A DNA stretch of 64,000 nt from the human T2T-CHM13v2.0 reference genome, Homo sapiens: NCBI RefSeq assembly GCF_009914755.1, contig NC_060932.1. The stretch is one strand, 5' to 3'. Position numbers and translations under genes: made by a program. Below, piece by piece: positions 28,190-39,480 of this stretch. The notes beneath the pieces were generated by a model. It saw only the letters and a program-made list of their open reading frames with translations. It did no database searches and was not told the origin of the DNA. Numbering within the stretch: position 1 is the first letter of the stretch; every line of letters begins with the position of its first letter.

Positions 28190-28976
28190 TCAGCCCCGTC
28201 TCACTGCAGACATCAACTGGCAAGGCCTAGAGGAGCTACACAGTGTGAATGAAAACATCTATGAGTACAGACAAAACTACAGACTTAGTCTGGTGGACTG
28301 GACTAATTACTTGAAGGATTTAGATAGAGTATTTGCACTGCTGAAGAGTCACTATGAGCAAAATAAAACAAATAAGACTCAAACTGCTCAAAGTGACGGG
28401 TTCTTGGTTGTCTCTGCTGAGCACGCTGTGTCAATGGAGATGGCCTCTGCTGACTCAGATGAAGACCCAAGGCATAAGGTTGGGAAAACACCTCATTTGA
28501 CCTTGCCAGCTGACCTTCAAACCCTGCATTTGAACCGACCAACATTAAGTCCAGAGAGTAAACTTGAATGGAATAACGACATTCCAGAAGTTAATCATTT
28601 GAATTCTGAACACTGGAGAAAAACCGAAAAATGGACGGGGCATGAAGAGACTAATCATCTGGAAACCGATTTCAGTGGCGATGGCATGACAGAGCTAGAG
28701 CTCGGGCCCAGCCCCAGGCTGCAGCCCATTCACAGGCACCCGAAAGAACTTCCCCAGTATGGTGGTCCTGGAAAGGACATTTTTGAAGATCAACTATATC
28801 TTCCTGTGCATTCCGATGGAATTTCAGTTCATCAGATGTTCACCATGGCCACCGCAGAACACCGAAGTAATTCCAGCATAGCGGGGAAGATGTTGACCAA
28901 GGTGGAGAAGAATCACGAAAAGGAGAAGTCACAGCACCTAGAAGGCAGCACCTCCTCTTCACTCTCCTCTGATTAG
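28159..28976 (+). CDS. SULF1: Alternative-frame SULF1 C-terminal extension (272 aa) reached by skipping the 34-nt exon
   Basis: G(8524)|AG GAC AGT TAT GGG ATG... reads EDSYG and then the 267-aa ORF 28173-28976, open to TAG; no repeat origin apparent. Confidence 0.7.
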
Positions 28977-30565
28977 ATGAAACTGTTACCTTACCCTAAA
29001 CACAGTATTTCTTTTTAACTTTTTTATTTGTAAACTAATAAAGGTAATCACAGCCACCAACATTCCAAGCTACCCTGGGTACCTTTGTGCAGTAGAAGCT
29101 AGTGAGCATGTGAGCAAGCGGTGTGCACACGGAGACTCATCGTTATAATTTACTATCTGCCAAGAGTAGAAAGAAAGGCTGGGGATATTTGGGTTGGCTT
29201 GGTTTTGATTTTTTGCTTGTTTGTTTGTTTTGTACTAAAACAGTATTATCTTTTGAATATCGTAGGGACATAAGTATATACATGTTATCCAATCAAGATG
29301 GCTAGAATGGTGCCTTTCTGAGTGTCTAAAACTTGACACCCCTGGTAAATCTTTCAACACACTTCCACTGCCTGCGTAATGAAGTTTTGATTCATTTTTA
29401 ACCACTGGAATTTTTCAATGCCGTCATTTTCAGTTAGATGATTTTGCACTTTGAGATTAAAATGCCATGTCTATTTGATTAGTCTTATTTTTTTATTTTT
29501 ACAGGCTTATCAGTCTCACTGTTGGCTGTCATTGTGACAAAGTCAAATAAACCCCCAAGGACGACACACAGTATGGATCACATATTGTTTGACATTAAGC
29601 TTTTGCCAGAAAATGTTGCATGTGTTTTACCTCGACTTGCTAAAATCGATTAGCAGAAAGGCATGGCTAATAATGTTGGTGGTGAAAATAAATAAATAAG
29701 TAAACAAAATGAAGATTGCCTGCTCTCTCTGTGCCTAGCCTCAAAGCGTTCATCATACATCATACCTTTAAGATTGCTATATTTTGGGTTATTTTCTTGA
29801 CAGGAGAAAAAGATCTAAAGATCTTTTATTTTCATCTTTTTTGGTTTTCTTGGCATGACTAAGAAGCTTAAATGTTGATAAAATATGACTAGTTTTGAAT
29901 TTACACCAAGAACTTCTCAATAAAAGAAAATCATGAATGCTCCACAATTTCAACATACCACAAGAGAAGTTAATTTCTTAACATTGTGTTCTATGATTAT
30001 TTGTAAGACCTTCACCAAGTTCTGATATCTTTTAAAGACATAGTTCAAAATTGCTTTTGAAAATCTGTATTCTTGAAAATATCCTTGTTGTGTATTAGGT
30101 TTTTAAATACCAGCTAAAGGATTACCTCACTGAGTCATCAGTACCCTCCTATTCAGCTCCCCAAGATGATGTGTTTTTGCTTACCCTAAGAGAGGTTTTC
30201 TTCTTATTTTTAGATAATTCAAGTGCTTAGATAAATTATGTTTTCTTTAAGTGTTTATGGTAAACTCTTTTAAAGAAAATTTAATATGTTATAGCTGAAT
30301 CTTTTTGGTAACTTTAAATCTTTATCATAGACTCTGTACATATGTTCAAATTAGCTGCTTGCCTGATGTGTGTATCATCGGTGGGATGACAGAACAAACA
30401 TATTTATGATCATGAATAATGTACTTTGTAAAAAGATTTCAAGTTATTAGGAAGCATACTCTGTTTTTTAATCATGTATAATATTCCATGATACTTTTAT
30501 AGAACAATTCTGGCTTCAGGAAAGTCTAGAAGCAATATTTCTTCAAATAAAAGGTGTTTAAACTT
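28190..30565 (+). other. SULF1: SULF1 3' UTR
   Basis: Repeat-free sequence after the stop, AT-rich beyond ~28976; several AATAAA, distal one at 30546-30551 followed by a T-rich element. Confidence 0.85.
30546..30551 (+). terminator. SULF1: SULF1 distal polyadenylation signal
   Basis: AATAAA with downstream TTTTTTCTGTTT. Confidence 0.75.
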
Positions 30566-33500
30566 TTTTCTGTTTCAGAGAAATGAACTTAACCAAGTTT
30601 TTGTGGTACACCCATTTCTTGCAAGTAAAATTGAGTCATGATCTCTATTTACATGATTGAATACTAACCAAACTTATAAAATGGAGCTGAAGTCAATGTG
30701 TTATAGAACGTTCTCAGATTAACAACTTCACCACAGATTTACCTCATTGCTGTCTTGAGGGAGGCAGCAGAGGCAGCGCCAAGGTAGCTTTCCCGGCAGG
30801 CAACCTAGATGGTCACAAAGGGCCAGCACTTGGTTTAATGCTCTGATGTCACCGCCTTGAAATCCTTAATAATTTTTTAACAAGGGGCCCCACATTTTCA
30901 TTTTCCACGGGGGCCCTGCAAATCAGGTCTGGGCAGAACCAAAAATGGTTCTGGGCAGTAAAATGGAATTTTTCAAAACCAAGAGAACAGACCCACTGAA
31001 GGCAGTGTCGGTTCTTCAGGAACCAGGAACTTGGGTGGAAACCTAAACACCCTTCAAGATCTCAAGTTTTTTGATACACAAATTCCATATGCTTCCTTCT
31101 GTCTGTTCCAAATCTCCTGAAGAAATTTAGCCTTCAGGTTGAGGGGCTAAAAATCTGTGAAATGTCCAGAGACCAGAAGGTTAAAAATAAATAAGAAGAA
31201 GAAAAAAAGAAAGCAAAGGGTCAGGGGACCTACCAATCCAACCCTTGGATAATTGAGGAAACCAAGTTTTCAAGAGAACATAGTCTAAGATAATAGCATT
31301 GTTGTCCAAAGGCGCATCTTGGTGCCTTGCTCCTTGTTCCTTTCTGTAAAATGTGCCTGAGTCAAATATTGCCATCCTGGAGAAAAATGCATCTTAGTTC
31401 CATTCAATAGCTGCATATGGAGTACCTACTATGTGGCAAGGACATGAGAGGGATTGCATGTCTCCCAGAGCTGTTTATCGGATCTTGAAAGGCCCTTAGA
31501 GATTGGCTGCCCAGCTAGCCTCATTTGATCTGCGAGGAAGCTGAGGCTCAGAAGAGCTGAGCGACTTCCCTAGACGTAAAAGAGGAAGAGATCTCTCAGA
31601 GGCCAGGCCTCTCTACTTTCTCCATTTAAATTCATATGCACATACACAAGTGTGTGGGGGGCACGCAAGCACGCACCCCCCCACACACATTCACACTTAC
31701 CAGAACGGGGAAGAGAGGGCATCGGGGGCCACATCTGCAAGGACTAGTGGAAAGAACTATGAACATGAAACTCAACAAGACCCAAGTTAACTTCAGACAC
31801 TATTTTTTACTATTTCTGTGAGTTTGGAAAAGTCACACAAACCTCTCTAAAACAGCTTCCTCAACTGTAAAATAAGAGATTTGGGTCAAGGATGGCAAAT
31901 ACATAGCATATGTGACTTCTTTTCCCAAAATATCCCCAGGGAAGACGTTGCTAATCCAATGGGACGCTTGTCCATTAAGCTAGAGCATTTGTGGCCTTAC
32001 AGGCCTTCTCAACACAGCCAACTACTTCTCCAGCCAGCTCTGCTGTTGAATAAGCATTGGTGTGCGAGACAAAAACCAACTGTCCCTACCCAAATGAGAT
32101 TATTTCTGAGACCCTCCTGGCCTTTTAAAAATAACCAAACAAACATATGATCGTCAGCATGTGCAGTTTTGGTACAGAGAGAAGGAATGAATATACTCCA
32201 TCCCTTTGCCAAATATATCTCAAAATGTTGGCTTTTTTTTAAAAAAAGTGTTTTAAATACTTGTTTTTCAGAGCTCGTTTAAAACCCTCCATTCCCCAAA
32301 TTAGTCCAATTCTGCCTGATATTTCTGAAATGTATTTAACAGAAAACAAAGACCTTCAGTTGATAATTAAATTAGGTATTCATTAAGCAATTAATACCTG
32401 ACTATGCCCTAACACCCGGGGCTTTTAGGCCCCCAGGATTCATAGAAGGGGCTGTGAAAGCTGCGATAGTCCCCAAGCCCCTTTCCCACCTCCTCCCTTT
32501 CCCACCTCCCAGCACATCCCACACTCACTGCCTGGGGAGTCTTCCACCACCTTGGCTCAGATCTCAGTCTCCTGCTCAGAGGCCTTCAGTGCTTCCTGAT
32601 GCCCTCCGTGTTCTGGACTCTAAGCCACAAGAAGCCCCAGCCTCCCACCCAGCTCCTGCTCCCGCCCTGCCTCACCTGTCTCTCAGCTGCTCCTGGGTTA
32701 GCGCCGCCTTCCCAAGCCGGAACTTTCACTTCTCTTTCCCCTCCTGTTTATAATATCTACCCCCAGCCCCACCTCAACCTGGAGAAATCTTGTCCATCCT
32801 TTAATTCCCATATCAGTTCAAAATTTACCTTTTCCTTTTGTGTTCACTTTCCTGGACTCATCGACCCCTGAAACTACTATCTCCCCTATTTGACACTCTC
32901 CTCCCGGTAAGCAAATGCTGATGTTGTACCAAGTCTGCGGCCAATGGAAGAAAAATCACTGGCCACACGTATCACCTCACCCTTCCCCACTGCTGACCAA
33001 GAAACTGACCCTCATGTGACCATCATTGGTTGTGGTCTAGTTAACTCACCTTTCTCTCAGTGGTGTTGTTGACACTGAGCACGTTGCCAGCACAGTACCT
33101 TGGGCCTTGTAGTGACCCCTCTGCTGTTTGAAGTAAGTAGAGAGAATGACTTTTAAAAATCAAATTTTCTCTGTTGAGACCACAGAATCCCTGAGCCCTC
33201 ACGTTGGGGGAAGCACTACAGAAAGATAGGGGACAAAGGAATCCGCACTACCTCACTCTTCAGCTGGCGAAGGTATTGCTTTCTGTCTGAATTTCCTGGT
33301 CCTCATATCAGTGGGCCTCCTTCTCGCACTCAGGTCCAGAATCTGCATCCACCACCGGGCTCCCCATTCCTTCCCTGACGTTTCCCCTTTCCAGCCCCAA
33401 CAGGGCGGATGACTCAGAGCTAGAGCGGAACCAACCCAACCTCTAGTAAGTTTCAGCAGGAGAGGGGTCATGGACCGACCCTGCCACCCTAATCTGTTTT

Positions 33501-33572
33501 CGCATCACTAAGAGCATCACCCCATCAAGCCCAAGAACCAGAAAACACTAGATTAGCATGTGTTTTCCAAAA

Positions 33573-33591
33573 TGACCACTAGGTGGTAGTC
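33573..33591 (+). promoter_or_regulatory. Candidate CTCF site between the two genes
   Basis: TGACCACTAGGTGGTAGTC resembles the CTCF core CCAC/TAGRKGGC. Confidence 0.45.
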
Positions 33592-34138
33592 TAGTTCAAC
33601 TAAAGACATCTTTGCTTGGCTCCAGGACCTACCCCTGCAAAGCAGCTACTTTGATTTCTAAAGTAGCAGCGCACCTCTCGGTGTTACCATTTTGACAAGA
33701 ATACAGCTAGAACAGCTTGATCCTTGGCAGACTTGCCCTTTCTTCAGTGCTTAGGATCTTAGCCATTCCAGCAGGCGAAAGAACAGTTTTTGCTTCTGAT
33801 TTATATTGGTATTTTAAATTGGAACTGCATCAAACTTTGACGTTTCAATTCAAAAGTGAGCACTGAATATCGATCTCCCTGCTTTCCAAAGTCTTTGTGC
33901 AATTAAAAATGTTTTTTGGCTCCCATACACTGAACCAACAGAGGTCATCTCTGCCTAGCTGGCAATTTTGCAAAGAAGAGCGGAACTAGATGCTTTTTAA
34001 CAGCTCTTAAAACACTGAGGTTGTACCAAGTCTGGTGCTAAAGCAAGGACGACAAGTGACCATATTCATAACCTTTCCCCCTCCTCATTTCTTAAAAAGA
34101 AACATTTTCTAATGTGCCTATTCAAAAAGCCCAATACC

Positions 34139-35269
34139 CAAGGACGTCATGTCTAAAACACCAAAAACAATGGCCACAAAAGCCAAAATTGACAAATGGG
34201 ATCTAATTGAACTAAAGAGCTTCTGCACAGCAAAAGAAACTACCATCAGAGTGAACAGACAACCTACAGAATGGGAGAAAATTTTTGCAATCTACTCATC
34301 TGACAAAGGGCTAATATCCAGAATCTATAATGAACTCAAACAAATTTACAAGAAAAAAACAAACAACCCCATCAACAAGTGGGCGAAGGATATGAACAGA
34401 CACTTCTCAAAAGAAGACATTTATGCAGCCAAAAGACACATGAAAAAATGCTCATCATCACTGGCCATCAGAGAAATGCAAATCAAAACCACAATGACAT
34501 ACCATCTCACACCAGTTAGAATGGCAATCATTAAAAAGTCAGGAAACAACAGGTGCTGGAGAGGATGTGGAGAAATAGGAACACTTTTACACTGTTGGTG
34601 GGACTGTAAACTAGTTCAACCATGGTGGAAGACAGTGTGGCGATTCCTCAGGGATCTAGAACTAGAAATACCATTTGACTCAGCCATCTCATTACTGGGT
34701 ATATACCCAAAGGATTATAAATCATGCTGCTATAAAGACACATGCACACGTATGTTTATTGCGGCACTATTCACAATAGCAAAGACTTGGAACCAACCCA
34801 AATGTCCGGCAATGATAGACTGGATTAAGAAAATGTGGCACATATACACCATGGAATACTATGCAGCCATAAAAAATGATGAGTTCATGTCCTTTGTAGG
34901 GACATGGATGAAGCTGGAAACCATCATTCTCAGCAAACTATCCCAAGGACAAAAAACCAAACACCGCATGTTCTCACTCATAGGTGGGAATTGAACAATG
35001 AGAACACATGGACACAGGAAGGGGAACATCAGACACCGGGGCCTGTTGTGGGGTGGGGGGAGGGGGGAGGGATAGCATTAGGAGATATACCTAATGTTAA
35101 ATGATGAATTAATGGGTGCAGCACACCAACATGGCACATGTATGCATATGTAACTAACCTGCACATTGTGCACATGTACCCTAAAACTTAAAGTATAATA
35201 AAAAATAAATAAATAAATAAATAAAAATAAAATGTTAAGAGAGAGAGAAAAAAATAAATAAATAAAAAT
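34139..35269 (+). mobile_element. 5'-truncated L1PA element
   Basis: ORF2 C-terminal 281 aa including the CCHC region; 3' UTR; TSD AAAAAGCCCAATACC at 34124-34138 and 35270-35284. Confidence 0.96.
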
Positions 35270-36941
35270 AAAAAGCCCAATACCGAACACAGATCTACCT
35301 ATATGCTGAAAGTGTGGGAAATTTAAGAAATTTAACAGAGATCCTTTTGCCTAACTCATGCACACATAATTGAGCAGAAGATGGTAGATTCAGGCAGGGA
35401 TTACTACTTGCTCTTTGCATAAACGGCTGCCTTGATGAATGTAGAAAGCGATGGGGGGAAGTCAACACTGACACCTATACTCCCCTCCCCCAATAACTCA
35501 TGTAGCTTAGGCCACTGCGACCCTTTAGGTGAGCAGTGGGATGAGGGAATGAAAAGTGGAAATCAGTTATGCTGCTTCCCACCTACAGAGTGCTCAAGGC
35601 AGGATTCTAAATATACTCACGTTGTGCTTCAGTCCATGAGTTATGACTCCCTTACCTCCTTCCACCTCTCACTCCAAAGTTTTAGATGCCAGTGTGTTTA
35701 GAAAACTCTGCCACTAGTCAGGAGAGACCTCTAGATCCAGGGTTTTTTTTCTCCCTAAGTGGATCTGTGCTCAAGTTCTTCTTCTTTCTAACTTAACTTT
35801 TAAGTTCAGGAGTACGTGTGCAAGTTTCTTACTCTTGTCTCAGAGCACTGGCTTCTGGGCCACTTTAACAATGAATGATTAGTTTGCTATTCAGTAGCAT
35901 ACTAGGAGACAGGAGGAAGGGAGATTTTCAGTGCTTTGTTGACCAAGTTTTGATATTCATGCCTTTAGAAATTATTCCAGTTTTTGGAATAATGAGTTGG
36001 ACTTCTTTGGAAATTATTCTTAACCTATCAAAGTCAACCATGTGGCAAAGAATTATACCCACTGAATTCTTACCATTTACTCCTCTATATTTTCAGGACC
36101 TCAGGCTCTTAGGCAGAGCCATGAGACTACTTAGGGCCAATGAAATGGGAGAATAGACACATGGCACTTCCAGGCTGAGAAAGAGAAAAGCTCTTTTGCC
36201 ATTCTCAGGGCATTTCCTTTCTTTGCCCCAGCAACCAATATTAACGATGAAAGTTCCAGGTGGTGCCACTTCAAGATGGTGGAGCCTCTGTCAGCCTGGA
36301 TCCCTGAAAGACTATGTGGAACAGAGCCATAATAGATATGTAAGTGAATGAGAAACAGACCTGTGTGTTATGAAGCCATTGAGATTTCAGGGTTAATATG
36401 TTATTTAAGTATAACTTAACAAATCACATTCAAGGTACATAGCTCTGTGTTCTGAAAGTCTGTTTTGAATTTCAATAGGTAAGTGATGAATTACTTAAAA
36501 TTATTCTCTTTGGAGACTCAATAAAAAAAAACATGCTATGGCTCTTTAAACTATACTCCTAAAACTTTACACATAGAACATTCTGCTTCAATGTAGAGTT
36601 AACAGTTAGGTAAGGAGTTAATGATGTAGGAGGGGTGGACAATCGCATTGGTCTCATTGCTTCATCCCTTCAAACAACAAAGTTCTAGAAACAATTTCAT
36701 TTCAGTCCAACACACTTTATTCATTTTTAACTTTTTTCTTAATTTTCAATAATCAAGTATTCAAGATGCTGTAAACCAAGATTAGTACATCGACAACAGA
36801 TTTCATTAAACACACGGAAATTATACATCTTTTAAATTACCTTAAAAAGTCTCCAAATGAATATCATTTTAAAAATCACAAAATCAAACTTCTTTATGCA
36901 ACAGTGCAAAACCTTTCATCACAAACATACCTCTACACAAA

Positions 36942-36969
36942 ACACACACACACACACACAAACACACAC
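36942..36969. repeat. (CA)n microsatellite in the SLCO5A1 3' UTR
   Basis: Read directly from the sequence. Confidence 0.9.
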
Positions 36970-39170
36970 TCCACTAAGAACCTAATGCCAGTTTAGTTGA
37001 CACAGTATTACATTTCCTTAAACAAAAGAGTCAGAGCCTGACCTGCCTGTTTCAGGATTCTAAATTAACATTTGGGGTTTGGGGTAGAGGTATGTATTTT
37101 AAGAAAAATGCCCACTATTTGGTACTACTCTTACCAATTATCAATTACCAATTGCCAATAATCGGTACTAGTCTTACCAATGATTCTTATTTTTCATTTC
37201 TAGATACAAACTTTAAACCTCTTTTGTTCACCCCTTTGGTTTAATGTGTCCCTGCAATTACTTTAGTTTCAATAATATTTTCTCCTTCAATTTTAACATG
37301 TAGTGATAGGATACCAGAAAAGGTAACACCTTCAAAACCCCAGTGTTAAAAATACCTTACATGGGTGTAATCTTTTTGGAGAAGAAATAAGAAAAGGTTA
37401 TCTGAAATATTTTTTCTACCTTTCTCTGAAATTATTTTTGGCATCTGATTATTCTTGCTAAAATAAATATCAAAAGCACTGAGTATTCCATAGAAAAGTA
37501 TCCCCCCTTTCACGCTTCATTTTTGCAGCATAGATGGAGTAACTGTTGAAATGAGAGTAATGGATGCTTGTTTTCTGGAAAATTCTTCAGATTTCCAAAC
37601 ACAAAGTACATGCAGCCACTTAGCAGTGAAATACTGTGAATTCAGTGGCGCTTTTTAGTGGTGAACATGCGTCATTAAATACTTTTTAGCACCAAGGCAT
37701 TTCTTTTAATGTTGCAAAAGCAAACACCTAGGGAGGGTTTTTTGTTTTCTGTTTTTTGTTGTTGTTGTTGTATTTGACCCTTCCTAGAGCTGAGTAAAAC
37801 TGAAGTCTTTAAAATAAAACCTCCTCAAACATACACAGATCTGATTCTAATGCAACAAGAAGTTTGGGACAGATACAGCCAGCAGCATCCCAAAAGATGA
37901 AGAAGAGAAAAAGACAAAAAGATAAAGTGCATGAGGCAACTACCTTTGCCTGCCAGCCGCAGCACTCTCTTATTATGGAAGAGAAAACACAAATGTGTGG
38001 AAAGGCTACCTACTGGTCTGTATAACAGAGAACTAGCAAACCTGCAGTTTAGGCAATTCTGGGATTATACAGTATTTTGGTATCTATCTGCTACTTAGAA
38101 TACTCAGTATGCACCTACATATCAATAGTTATATTCATGTGCTGTGTCATCTCTGATGTTTTAAGTACATACACGATCACAAAATATAATTGGCTACCAC
38201 CCGAGGCTTGGGCTTGCCTCCTGCTCCTGGGTGCACTAGGGAATTCCCATCAATGCTTCAGCTCCATCCAAACTCTAAAGTTTCTCTTTGGTACATGCAC
38301 GGTTTCTACAAAACAGGGCCAAAAAGACACTTTCTGGCTCCAAGTGCACCAAAGAGCGCAAGCTGGAATTGTGGACTGAAGAAGAATTTTCTTGGTGGTT
38401 GGTGAACATGGAGGACCACCATGACATCCATGAGGCCTTACTCCATGTAACTCCCCCTTCTCTGAAGGCTGACATTTCCAAGTGCATGCCACTAAAGGTA
38501 ACAATGTCACAGCGACTAAAGGGAACAATCGGGATCAGTGGTTTGATATGTATTTTATGTGTGTTCACTTAAAACCCTTATTAGGAATCTTAAAACTCAT
38601 ATTCATCAAAAAACTAATAGAGATGTTAATATTCTGAAAGAGGAAAATAAAAAAAAATACACTTGAAATCCCTAAAGCTCAGATTCAACAAATCTGAACT
38701 ACCTTTCTTCATAATGTTTCATTTCAGAAACTCTGCCGAGACCCGATGTTAACACGAAGACTAGATTTGTTCTGTATTAAATATGAACTATAAATAAATA
38801 TTTGAGGTATGTTATGACAAATAACTTTAATATAACACTTAGCTAAATAAATGTAAATTTACCTTGAAAATCTAGTTAAACATTAAATCTTGATATTTCC
38901 TACAGATGTTTCCTACAGTTTTTTTTATTTACACAAAAAAACCTCTCTACTCTTCATAAACGGTAATATATCAAAAAATTGAAATGCTTTAATCTCACGA
39001 TTTTATAGTCACCTTGCCTTTGTTAACCAAAAGCTATTGTATACATTGCGTAGTGTAAAAAATGAATAATGGAGTGAGAGAAATCTATGTCTGAATCCTG
39101 ACTTTACCATTCTGTATGATCCTAAATGAGTTATTTTACTTCTCTGAGTCTTGGTTTCATATGTTTTTTA

Positions 39171-39480
<310 letters not shown>

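Noticed and set aside
28173-28976. 267-aa ORF as a stand-alone gene starting at its own ATG
   Set aside because: No promoter or signal peptide evident; the exact frame match to the upstream SULF1 exon explains it better as a spliced extension
29123-29305. 60-aa ORF in the SULF1 3' UTR
   Set aside because: Short, GTG start, low-complexity GT-rich sequence
34149-34994. 281-aa ORF (and the 323-aa ORF at 58098-59069)
   Set aside because: L1 ORF2 C-terminal remnants of 5'-truncated elements without a promoter; not host genes
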